Position numbers and translations under genes: made by a program. 64,000 nt of DNA from a virus (taxonomy: Duplodnaviria; Caudoviricetes), in IMG/VR virus record IMGVR_UViG_3300044719_000028, positions 24,745 through 88,744 of that record; one strand, written 5' to 3'. The notes below the pieces were generated by a model. The model searched no databases. It was not told the origin of the DNA and worked only from the letters and a program-made list of their open reading frames with translations. Positions 56,292 through 64,000 of the stretch are shown here, piece by piece; position 1 is the first letter of the stretch, and every line of letters begins with the position of its first letter.

Positions 56292-57168
56292 CAACTGTGC
56301 ACAGACCTTCCGCAAAATTCTTCACAAGAGAATTCCCAAACAAACGCGGAAGGCTGGCATTCAAAAAATGATTTTCAAGCTGTATAGAGTTTCAAAACTA
56401 AAAGTTGGTTGGTGAGTCGAAATTATGCACCCCTTGGGATTCACGAGGGGTGTCTTCCGTTTTCCCTAAAATTCCTTTCTTCCCCACTTTTCCTAAAATT
56501 CTTATTCGCCAAAACACGTTTTACGAAACGCACCCCCTCAGTGGCCTTGGACACGATCCGTTCAGGCAAAGCTCCGCCATTCACCCCATCTTTAGGTCGT
56601 CTTTACAAATCGCAGGCGTAGCAGTGCCCTTTCCCGTGCTAACAAGCCGGGGTACATTCTTTTTGGCAATAAGGCTCCCTGACCCTCATCTAGAGGTCAC
56701 TGAGACACTTTCCTTCAACTCCCATATTACGCCTACCTCTAGGGCACTCTCCTATTAGTTCTGCTAGGCCATCCGCTCCCTCCCTCTGTTATGTGCCGCA
56801 CATAAGATAGATAGCGCAAGAATTACAATCAGGTTACGCCGATTCTTTCCTAATGTACATAAATTATTGTGATTATTTGGTGAGAATTGTAGGAATCTTG
56901 TAGGTGTGCTCTGACATGCATACATTTACGGCAACAGAACCACTGTTTGCATATACAGCAAGCTTGTTAGAATCTCTCACTATCATGATTCCGAACAGAA
57001 ATCTAGTAGGAATTGTCTGATTCAAGCAAATTTTTGTTGACGTGTGGTTTTAGCTGCTTTAAAGTACACACATCGACAAGCAAGACAGCAATGCGAAACA
57101 GAACAAGCAAGGTTGTCGAGAACGCTTACAAACTAACTTTACATACACGCATATATAGGAGCTTTATC
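56292..57168. other. Long non-coding region, possible genome-end or origin region
   Basis: About 870 bp with no RBS-supported ORF, containing hairpins, pyrimidine-rich tracts and a motif shared with 60655-60740. Confidence 0.5.
57037..57065 (+). promoter_or_regulatory. Sigma70 promoter
   Basis: TTGACG-17bp-TAAAGT. Confidence 0.6.
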
Positions 57169-57861
57169 ATGACCGTTCAACAATTCGTAGTCCGCCTCGC
57201 CCCGATCACTTCGCAGCCTCTGCTGGTCCATGCTGACAGTCTCAAGGACGGTCAACTGAAAGCTATCGTCGGGGAAGAGACTAAGACGATTGGCGTTGAC
57301 TGGTTCCGTGCATCGGCGCCTGTCGATCCTGAGATTGCTCACAAGATTGTGCAAGAGTATGCAAAGAAGCACGGCATTGACGAACATAGCATTCTCGTGC
57401 GCAGCCGACTGCCCAAGACGAATGTGAAGCCACGCAAGACAAATGATGCCGCCCTTACTTTGGTACAGAACAAACAGGAAGAACAGCCAAAGAAAGAGGA
57501 ACCTAAACAAGACCTGACACAGATGGCCCAAGCTATGCAGGATGCCCATGACAAGCAAAAGAAGGGAGGTAAATCTGAACAGAAAGCATCTGCTACCAAC
57601 CCTGAAGGTGCCACTGTTAAACGGACCGAGGAAGAGAAGAAGCCTGCAAAACGTGGCTATCAGAAACGTGATAAGGAACGTTCGGCACGTTCCCGCGCTG
57701 CTTACGAACGTTATGTTAAAGAGCTTGGACAGCAAATTTCGGAGTCGCCTACCGCCATGCAGCCAGCAGTTCCCGGTCCCGGCGTAAGCGATGCAGAGGT
57801 AGACGAGGCAACGTTGCAATTCGCCATGAAACTTGCTAAACTGCTCAAAGGTGTGATGTAA
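57169..57861 (+). CDS. Hypothetical Lys/Gln/Glu-rich protein
   Basis: RBS aggag before MTVQQF, 230 aa. Confidence 0.75.
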   Translation: MTVQQFVVRLAPITSQPLLVHADSLKDGQLKAIVGEETKTIGVDWFRASAPVDPEIAHKIVQEYAKKHGIDEHSILVRSRLPKTNVKPRKTNDAALTLVQNKQEEQPKKEEPKQDLTQMAQAMQDAHDKQKKGGKSEQKASATNPEGATVKRTEEEKKPAKRGYQKRDKERSARSRAAYERYVKELGQQISESPTAMQPAVPGPGVSDAEVDEATLQFAMKLAKLLKGVM

Positions 57862-57867
57862 TGTTCA

Positions 57868-58728
57868 TCAGGCTGTCACTTCTACAAGACGAATTTTGTC
57901 TGGAGTGACAGCCCTCCCTTGCTTTAACCTCACCATTTGCTTCCTCGTGAGGTTAAATCGTTCCTGAATCTCTTTAGCGGATGCGTGAAATTCGTCTCCT
58001 GCTACGTTAGTAAACTTCCTGACAACGTTTTTCCATTCGTAATTTTTAGCACCCTTTATGTCATCACCCCACAAATCTTTTCTGTAATATCCTCCAGAAA
58101 TCTTGGTGTTGCCATACACCAGCCCATTTACGTGCCCACGTGTCAAACCAAGTTCGTCAAACATTTGCTTTCTGGTTACGTACATTTCTGTATCGTCAGA
58201 AACCCTAACGATATTGTAAATCTGGCGGTCTACACAACCGCTTGTAGTATCGACACCATACAGCGCGAACCCATTCGCAATCTTATTACCATAATTTTCA
58301 CAAACAACATACCTTGTTCGATCTAAAGGTACTCCAAACTTTTCAAAAAGCTCAGTTCTGGTAAGTTCAAAAATTTCACCGTCCGCAATACGTATCCACT
58401 TTCTTTTCTCATTGTTTTTCACAGACAGTAACGCCGCTTCTTGTCTTGCAATTGCAAAAGCTCTCCTATTCTTAATCTCTCTGACACCTCTGATTGATAG
58501 CTCCATAGCGGTTACCGCAAACCATAGTTCCTTTGTACGGTAGGTGCGTGCCAACAGTAGATGTGCCATAAAGTGATCCTCCGCTGTAAGATAGACCAAG
58601 TTTTCATCTTCATCCCCACCTCCCATACATACAGGTACAATGTGATGCCTCTCATAGTACACTCCATCAAGCTTAGGCATCATCTTCCTGTGCTCAATCA
58701 GTTCGTTATAAATCCTCAGATAATCCAT
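57868..58728 (-). CDS. HNH homing endonuclease with repeated C-terminal DNA-binding (NUMOD/IENR-like) modules
   Basis: YYERHHIVPVCMGGGDEDENLVYLTAEDHFMAH. Confidence 0.85.
   Translation of the reverse strand: MDYLRIYNELIEHRKMMPKLDGVYYERHHIVPVCMGGGDEDENLVYLTAEDHFMAHLLLARTYRTKELWFAVTAMELSIRGVREIKNRRAFAIARQEAALLSVKNNEKRKWIRIADGEIFELTRTELFEKFGVPLDRTRYVVCENYGNKIANGFALYGVDTTSGCVDRQIYNIVRVSDDTEMYVTRKQMFDELGLTRGHVNGLVYGNTKISGGYYRKDLWGDDIKGAKNYEWKNVVRKFTNVAGDEFHASAKEIQERFNLTRKQMVRLKQGRAVTPDKIRLVEVTA
57871..57913. terminator. Long hairpin between convergent genes
   Basis: Perfect 10-bp stem ggctgtcact/agtgacagcc with an inner agac/gtct stem. Confidence 0.55.
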
Positions 58729-58949
58729 GCAACGCTCCCATCCTGAGCGCCGTACAGAGCGTCATACTCTTCCGTGAGCTTCAAAATCTTGGCCAACTTT
58801 TTTGCTTGCTCCAGCTTCGCAAGCATTGCGCTGTCTTCTTTTTTCGTGTAATATGCAATCAACTTGCTGTACGCCTGAAGCTGGACTGTGTTAAGGTGTT
58901 GTGCAGTTTCTCGCAGCGTGGCTTTTTTGTAGTCGAACGAACGCGACAT
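58716..58949 (-). CDS. Hypothetical protein
   Basis: 77 aa, RBS aggag. Confidence 0.6.
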   Translation of the reverse strand: MSRSFDYKKATLRETAQHLNTVQLQAYSKLIAYYTKKEDSAMLAKLEQAKKLAKILKLTEEYDALYGAQDGSVAWII

Positions 58950-59158
58950 AGTAATTCTCCTATATGGAAATTTGTTAAGTGGGATTTACAACAGACTTAC
59001 AAGGTAGCGTTGCACTACCCGACAACTGTATATTACCAGTAAGATTGCTATTTGTCAAATATGGCGAGGTTATGTGTACACACTCCCTCATCCTCGTGCC
59101 TTTGCCAGTCCTAACCCGGCTGGCTTTTTCTTTTGTGCGACAAATTTGTGTATAGGTC

Positions 59159-59186
59159 TTGACACCTAAGATTCTTATGATTTAAT
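59159..59186 (+). promoter_or_regulatory. Sigma70 promoter
   Basis: TTGACA-16bp-TTTAAT. Confidence 0.5.
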
Positions 59187-59224
59187 ATGAAGGCTCTTAA
59201 GAATTCAACACAAGGAACCATAAC

Positions 59225-59695
59225 ATGCTCACACAAGAACACATCGCAGCAATTGAAGAAGCTGCACAGACGCTTGAATCTGCTGCCAAGTATAACCGTG
59301 AAATGGGACGCACAGTGTTTGCACATTCTCAGCAGGCGAAGGCTGATAAGCTTCGTGAAGTGATTTCTGCTGTCGCTATCCCTGCTCAACGTAATCCTAT
59401 GGACCCTTCGTATCCACCTAGAAAGATTGCTAGTCGTGTACCTGAAGCCCCGCCAGCGCCACCAACCCGTTTTGTGTGTGATAGTGTCCATCCAAGTAAG
59501 GGATATTCTGCTGTCTCGCCTTCCGACTCGACGGATGCGGCTCGGTATCGAGCATGGCGTAGTGCCGTACTCACTCGTGACGAGGCTTTCGTGGACGCCG
59601 TGCGAAACGTGATCCCTGTTGCAGATGACGACCTCACCGCTACCAAGTGGGACGAAGGTATCGACGCAGCAATTGCAGCCAGCAAAAACAAATAG
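59225..59695 (+). CDS. Hypothetical protein with a DAARYR motif
   Basis: 156 aa. DAARYRAWR resembles a motif common in small phage early proteins. Confidence 0.65.
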   Translation: MLTQEHIAAIEEAAQTLESAAKYNREMGRTVFAHSQQAKADKLREVISAVAIPAQRNPMDPSYPPRKIASRVPEAPPAPPTRFVCDSVHPSKGYSAVSPSDSTDAARYRAWRSAVLTRDEAFVDAVRNVIPVADDDLTATKWDEGIDAAIAASKNK

Positions 59696-59705
59696 CAATC
59701 AGCAA

Positions 59706-59734
59706 TTGACTAAATAACCATTCCGCTCTACACT
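59706..59734 (+). promoter_or_regulatory. Sigma70 promoter
   Basis: TTGACT-17bp-TACACT. Confidence 0.65.
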
Positions 59735-59765
59735 GTTCATCATTAAAACAAACAAGGAAAGCGGA

Positions 59766-60002
59766 ATGCCTGAAATGTCCGTGGAAGAGATTCACATCGC
59801 AAGCGTGCAGGGCGACGAATTATATGCCTTCATTGGGCCGTCATCTGCAACAAAGACATGGCCCAATTGCATTTGCCACAATGAAGTTATGTATATGTAC
59901 GACGACTATTGGCTGTTGCCTACCAAAATGGGTAATGGCTACGTACAAGCAGCGCGATACCTGAGGATTGAAAATGAGGAACATCAAGGGAACAACCAAT
60001 AA
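59766..60002 (+). CDS. Hypothetical protein
   Basis: 78 aa with an RBS. Confidence 0.55.
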   Translation: MPEMSVEEIHIASVQGDELYAFIGPSSATKTWPNCICHNEVMYMYDDYWLLPTKMGNGYVQAARYLRIENEEHQGNNQ

Positions 60003-60183
60003 AGAGCGCCCATTCCGTCAGGATGAGATTATCGAATATTCTGACGACTTGTATGTTGTGCTGAAAAATTATGGCAATCGTGGTAAAGTGAGGCTTCTGA
60101 ATACATATCTTACAATCGACCCGTTCTATTGGGAATTTGATGGAACGGAAGCGAGACGTGTCAAAAAGGAGGATGAGGAATGA
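59974..60183 (+). CDS. Hypothetical protein
   Basis: About 69 aa. Confidence 0.5.
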   Translation: MRNIKGTTNKERPFRQDEIIEYSDDLYVVLKNYGNRGKVRLLNTYLTIDPFYWEFDGTEARRVKKEDEE

Positions 60184-60437
60184 ATGAGATTGTCGTTACA
60201 TTTAAACACTTCGCATATTCCCTTGCGACGTTCTTTGTGCTGTCTTTCGGAATGCTTCTCTTAAATCAGGCGCAAGAGTTGAATGATGCAGCTAAAGTGC
60301 TGGCTGCTGCAATCCTCTCATTCGGAGGCTACCTGTCGTATGAATTGCTCACAACGAAAGACTACAAGCTGATGCCGTTTTGGTGCTTCGGTGTGTCAAT
60401 TATTGTGTTGATTGGCGTGATGTGCCTGTATAGCTAG
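60180..60437 (+). CDS. Hypothetical three-TM membrane protein
   Basis: 85 aa, hydrophobic. Confidence 0.6.
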   Translation: MNEIVVTFKHFAYSLATFFVLSFGMLLLNQAQELNDAAKVLAAAILSFGGYLSYELLTTKDYKLMPFWCFGVSIIVLIGVMCLYS

Positions 60438-60445
60438 GAGGAGAT

Positions 60446-60571
60446 ATGAAGAAAGCATTTATTGCTGTAGGACTTGCATTCGTTTGTTTTGTAGCTTTTG
60501 CAGATTGGGCAAATTTTGAACACAAACAGAAGGAACGCCGCGAACAAATCCTAGCAGGGACGTATAAATGA
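60446..60571 (+). CDS. Small membrane or secreted protein (41 aa, not in the ORF track)
   Basis: RBS aggagg, MKKAFIAVGLAFVCFVAFADW. Confidence 0.55.
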   Translation: MKKAFIAVGLAFVCFVAFADWANFEHKQKERREQILAGTYK

Positions 60572-60679
60572 TTTTGGAATTGAAGAATCGAATATATGGA
60601 AAAACTGGACAGTGAGTGGGAAACCCAAACCTATTGGGAGCAACTTGGGGGTGTCCACATTTTCAGGAAATTTATATTT

Positions 60680-60706
60680 GCCAGCCTCTTGCTGGCTTTT
60701 CTTTTT
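60680..60706 (+). terminator. Rho-independent terminator
   Basis: gccagc-ctctt-gctggc followed by ttttcttttt. Confidence 0.75.
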
Positions 60707-60875
60707 GGTGAAAACGTGTTTTGAAATGTGAGGGGTGTGTGTTTAGACTGTTTGGGTGTACTACTACACTAATACACCGATATTGCTATCGACTTGTAAG
60801 ATTGCGATAGTAATCTTTAAAGCGAGCGGGCAGCAGCGGATTAGTCTGACCATCCCGGATGTCTAGAGTGAGTAC

Positions 60876-60908
60876 AGAATATCGCAATTCTGCAAGCACG
60901 TCAAGCAC
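60876..60908 (-). promoter_or_regulatory. Sigma70-like promoter with GTGCTT boxes, facing the non-coding gap
   Basis: GTGC-TTGACG-17bp-TATTCT. Confidence 0.55.
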
Positions 60909-61022
60909 GATTTACAAGAATCTTTTTGCTGCTATATAGTGTTGCGCCGGGATGACTGTCTAGCGCCAGTCCGCAACCTGTAGACACATAGTACAAGCGG
61001 AACCGAGGAACACAGGAATTCG

Positions 61023-61075
61023 GTGCTTATACGTGCTTAGAAGTGCTTGACATGCTTAAAAGGAGTGTTTAGAAT
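61023..61075 (+). promoter_or_regulatory. Strong early promoter with phased GTGCTT repeats
   Basis: TTGACA-17bp-TAGAAT, with GTGCTT at 61023, 61033 and 61043. Confidence 0.8.
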
Positions 61076-61104
61076 GGCTGTACGGTCAACGAACGGAGGT
61101 AATC

Positions 61105-61311
61105 ATGAAAACCAAGCAAATCCCTATCTATGACAACCGCGCTATCGTAGGATACGCCAGCTCTATCAAGGGCGCTGAAAAGGTACTGCGTAGCGCCCTC
61201 ACCATCCATCCTAAAATGTCTCTGTCTGTGTGGCGTAGGCCGCAACACTTGCAAGAGATTCTAGAGTTGCCGGATGGGTTTGTTTACTCTGTTTCCTACA
61301 CTTACAAGTGA
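61105..61311 (+). CDS. Early hypothetical protein
   Basis: 68 aa, RBS ggagg. Confidence 0.65.
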   Translation: MKTKQIPIYDNRAIVGYASSIKGAEKVLRSALTIHPKMSLSVWRRPQHLQEILELPDGFVYSVSYTYK

Positions 61312-61318
61312 GGATAAC

Positions 61319-61666
61319 ATGATCGATAGTAACAACATGACACACGAGGAATTCTATCGTATCGACGGATTCCTCACACCAGCACGGATTGATGCTGTGC
61401 TGTCTGAAGTGGACAATATCAAAGCTTATGACGTGCGAGAATATGCACCATATGCACAAGAGGCATCGTCACAGTTTCCGGCTGAAGACTTCCTAAGCGA
61501 ACAGGTTAGTGCTTTACAAGAGTTCGCAAAGCGCCTTAGAGGAGACAACAAGAAAGACTTGCAACACATCATAGAGTGTATTTCTGACGCGCTACAATGC
61601 CAGTTTTACGCCAGTGATTACGGCATGGCAGAGCTTAATAAAATCATCCGTACAATCAAACGTTGA
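61319..61666 (+). CDS. Early hypothetical protein
   Basis: 115 aa, RBS gagga. Confidence 0.65.
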   Translation: MIDSNNMTHEEFYRIDGFLTPARIDAVLSEVDNIKAYDVREYAPYAQEASSQFPAEDFLSEQVSALQEFAKRLRGDNKKDLQHIIECISDALQCQFYASDYGMAELNKIIRTIKR

Positions 61667-61673
61667 GAATAAC

Positions 61674-61862
61674 ATGGAAACTTTATCAGACAAACTCCTA
61701 GACTTGCGCAACTACGTTAGCAGATACGGCCAAATTCTAGACGATGTATCTTGTGAGATTGAAGGGAATCACTACAGAACCACAACGTACAAGATTGACG
61801 ACAAGCGCATCATTATGAACATGCGCAATGGGGAAGTGTCAAGCGTAATCTGTAAAGACTGA
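61674..61862 (+). CDS. Early hypothetical protein
   Basis: 62 aa. Confidence 0.6.
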   Translation: METLSDKLLDLRNYVSRYGQILDDVSCEIEGNHYRTTTYKIDDKRIIMNMRNGEVSSVICKD

Positions 61863-61865
61863 TAG

Positions 61866-61890
61866 GCGCCCTACGGGGCGCTTTTCTTTT
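61866..61890 (+). terminator. Rho-independent terminator
   Basis: gcgccc-tacg-gggcgc followed by ttttctttt. Confidence 0.8.
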
Positions 61891-62031
61891 CGTATTGCGT
61901 CACGTTTAGTATAGGCGAGTCCGGATTAATCAATCTCTAGACTAGACGCTTGACTATTGCCTCTCTTGAACTGATGGATACAGTGTACGTGCTTTCCGTG
62001 CTTATGTCAACAGGAATACCGAAATAAATTT

Positions 62032-62074
62032 GTGCTTAAAAGTGCTTGCGTTGCCTGAAAAGCTGACGTAAGAT
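62032..62074 (+). promoter_or_regulatory. Early promoter with GTGCTT repeats
   Basis: TTGCGT-17bp-TAAGAT, with GTGCTT at 62032 and 62042. Confidence 0.6.
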
Positions 62075-62124
62075 GCTCTACATGGACGGCGCAACGGGCG
62101 CTAACAAACACAGGAGCTAACAAA

Positions 62125-62679
62125 ATGAACGCACAAGACAAAGACATGGAACGCGCATACGAGCAAGCACAGGCACAAGCTAACAGCATTGCTACAATGG
62201 TTGCAGCTTTGGAAGTGGATTATGTTCGGCTGGAAGAGTTGAAAGACGAATTAGCATCGTTAGAGTTCGACTTGCAGAACGCTGACACTGAAGAAGAAAA
62301 ACAAGATGTTCTTAAGCAACTTACGGAGTGGCGCACTGAGAACGCAGAAGAGTTGGCAGAACTGGAAGAAGCTGCAAACGGCATGACTGACTGTGACGAA
62401 GCCCGCGAGGCTATCCAAAACGATGCCCTTGACGTGCAAGTACGCTCTGCATGGTACAACCCTTGCGCAAGTGACGAGAGCGACCCAAGCGAATTCATGA
62501 TTTTGCTTTGCACTGGTGGGCCTGCTGTTCGCATCATGGGGGAACTTGACGACTACTTGCAGCCTAAGCGCGCATGGCTCGAATACCAAGATTGGTTTCA
62601 GCCTTGGACCGAAGCGCCGGGAATCATCGATCGAGACACTCTGTTGACGTACTGTGCGCAATTCTACTTTGGCGAATAA
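62125..62679 (+). CDS. Conserved acidic phage protein
   Basis: Coiled coil plus EFMILLCTGGPAVRI motif. Confidence 0.75.
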   Translation: MNAQDKDMERAYEQAQAQANSIATMVAALEVDYVRLEELKDELASLEFDLQNADTEEEKQDVLKQLTEWRTENAEELAELEEAANGMTDCDEAREAIQNDALDVQVRSAWYNPCASDESDPSEFMILLCTGGPAVRIMGELDDYLQPKRAWLEYQDWFQPWTEAPGIIDRDTLLTYCAQFYFGE

Positions 62680-62696
62680 ATTAAAGGAATAACATC

Positions 62697-62939
62697 ATGG
62701 CAGAACATTACGGCAACTATCTAGTTTTCTCTTCCAACGCATCCAAAAACCAACGCGCAAGCGTGACGGTGAGGCGTGACGATGGGGCGATTATCGCACG
62801 AGTGTATAGCGACAAGAGCCAACCATTGCGATATCTACGCAATTGGATTAGTTGTGCTGAACGCCTAAGCTTGATTGAGCAACTAAAAGAAAACGGAGTA
62901 GAGCCACACATTATCCAAAAGATTTTGACGAAAGGGTAA
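62697..62939 (+). CDS. Early hypothetical protein
   Basis: 80 aa with an RBS. Confidence 0.6.
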   Translation: MAEHYGNYLVFSSNASKNQRASVTVRRDDGAIIARVYSDKSQPLRYLRNWISCAERLSLIEQLKENGVEPHIIQKILTKG

Positions 62940-62943
62940 TTCC

Positions 62944-63198
62944 ATGGACAAGATTATTTACACACTGGTTAGTAAAGGCGGCGGCGTTGACGGGCGAGAC
63001 TTTACAGATAAAGGCGGCAAGGTTATTGCGGCATCGTACGAACGTAAAGACTTAGAGAAGAATAAAAACCTGCCGTGGTGCGACATCGTCCCTCAAGTCG
63101 TGGATATTGAAAAGGCAACGAAGTCAGCATTAGCCAAACTTTCGCCAGTTGATAAACTTGTGTTGGAAATGCCAACTGTCAAAAGAGTAAGTAAATGA
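62944..63198 (+). CDS. Early hypothetical protein
   Basis: 84 aa. Confidence 0.6.
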   Translation: MDKIIYTLVSKGGGVDGRDFTDKGGKVIAASYERKDLEKNKNLPWCDIVPQVVDIEKATKSALAKLSPVDKLVLEMPTVKRVSK

Positions 63199-63380
63199 TA
63201 ACCCTACGCTGGTTCTACACATCAGGCAACCATTACGACTACAGCAGCGACGATGCCGCCACAATTGGCCGATTGTATCACCTGAAGTATCTAGAGGATG
63301 ATGTCAAGCTGGTGCAAGTGTGGTTTGACGGTTACAAAATAATCGAATGGGACAGAAATAAATTTCTCGCAGGTGCTTGA
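63195..63380 (+). CDS. Early hypothetical protein
   Basis: 61 aa, ATGA overlap. Confidence 0.55.
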   Translation: MITLRWFYTSGNHYDYSSDDAATIGRLYHLKYLEDDVKLVQVWFDGYKIIEWDRNKFLAGA

Positions 63381-63405
63381 CGTGCTTGTGTGATACAGGC
63401 ATACT
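63373..63405 (+). promoter_or_regulatory. Early promoter with GTGCTT repeats
   Basis: TTGACG-17bp-CATACT, with GTGCTT at 63373 and 63382. Confidence 0.7.
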
Positions 63406-63458
63406 GTGGATACGTAGTAGACACCACTAAGCACATACGATAAAGCCAAGAGGAAAGC

Positions 63459-63749
63459 ATGCAACGTTCAATCAAAACCCACTTTTACACTGGCCGTAAA
63501 TACCACGATCCTGTACAAGTGAATAGCAGCACGGATGCCAATAGGGCTGTAGCACAATGCATCCTGCACTTGCAAATTGCCCGGTACGACGCAGACAGTG
63601 CGGAAGTGTACGACGATGCTACAGGAGAGCTTCACGCACAGATTAAGCGGAACGTGCAAGGCAACATCACGATATTATACAAGAGGAATCCGGCAGAATA
63701 CGAGACACGCCTAGCTATTGGCGCATTGTTTGGAAAGAATGCAAAATGA
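63459..63749 (+). CDS. Early hypothetical protein
   Basis: 96 aa, RBS gagga. Confidence 0.65.
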   Translation: MQRSIKTHFYTGRKYHDPVQVNSSTDANRAVAQCILHLQIARYDADSAEVYDDATGELHAQIKRNVQGNITILYKRNPAEYETRLAIGALFGKNAK

Positions 63750-63928
63750 ACAAACAACAGGCCCATTCCCTCAAGCTGGCAATCGCTGTTTTCGCCGAAG
63801 CAACAGCAATGCTACAATATGCGACAAGCACAGGCCGACAAAGTGAGCTTGATTTAGCAATCACAAACAGGGACAAAGCAAGGGACGATGTTTATAGCAT
63901 GCTTGATAGTTTATCGACGGAGGAATAA
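63746..63928 (+). CDS. Early hypothetical protein
   Basis: 60 aa, ATGA overlap. Confidence 0.55.
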   Translation: MNKQQAHSLKLAIAVFAEATAMLQYATSTGRQSELDLAITNRDKARDDVYSMLDSLSTEE

Positions 63929-64000
63929 ATGAAACAAATTGACGTAGAGCTTACAGCACAAGTGATTGACACAATGAGTGAACGTGCACAATATCTCATG

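Noticed and set aside
56405-56758. ORFs of 117 and 70 aa in the non-coding gap
   Set aside because: No RBS, atypical Pro/Phe/Ser-rich composition, and overlap with hairpins and repeated motifs.
60836-60986. Large structured ncRNA suggested by catcccgg/ccgggatg and gcggatt/agtccgc pairings
   Set aside because: The pairings are short and long-range, the interval contains a promoter, and there is no clear start or terminator. It is insufficient without covariation data.
1-64000. CRISPR array, tRNA genes, rRNA, integrase/repressor, reverse transcriptase or DGR
   Set aside because: No repeat-spacer array, cloverleaf with T-loop, or relevant catalytic motifs were seen by eye. A tRNAscan/ARAGORN run is still advisable for the non-coding gaps.
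1-64000. Assigning a named phage genus or a definite host
   Set aside because: This cannot be done without database comparison. Host clues (GC patches, DUF4214-like and PEP-CTERM-like elements) are indirect.

Overview
The window is a continuous part of a dsDNA tailed phage genome with siphovirus-type architecture. No integrase or repressor is visible and the DNA polymerase has a T7-like Tyr at the Pol I 762-equivalent position, so the phage is probably virulent. From 1 to 24.5 kb on the + strand lie the head, neck and tail genes, a 1928-aa tape measure protein, three receptor-binding proteins and a lysis cassette. From 24.6 to 54.9 kb on the - strand lie nucleotide-metabolism genes (class I RNR, glutaredoxin, ThyX, NTP pyrophosphohydrolase), a T7-like replication set (primase-helicase, family A polymerase, SSB, exonuclease) and many small hypothetical genes. 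From 55 to 64 kb, mostly on the + strand, are small early-type genes behind strong sigma70 promoters and two non-coding gaps that may mark genome termini. Six free-standing homing-endonuclease-like genes are scattered through the window. The best candidate for an undescribed system is three tandem, otherwise dissimilar proteins that all end in W-x(1-2)-[ST]-S-x(1-2)-C-stop, directly upstream of a nucleotidyltransferase-like gene (50.7-52.7 kb). The next best is an independently transcribed PEP-CTERM-like exported protein carrying CCG[IT]PVSAP repeats (47.65-48.1 kb). A betaproteobacterial host such as Oxalobacteraceae is only an inference. All family assignments come from motifs recognised by eye; no database search was run. 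Several starts were moved from the ORF track to the RBS-supported codon.
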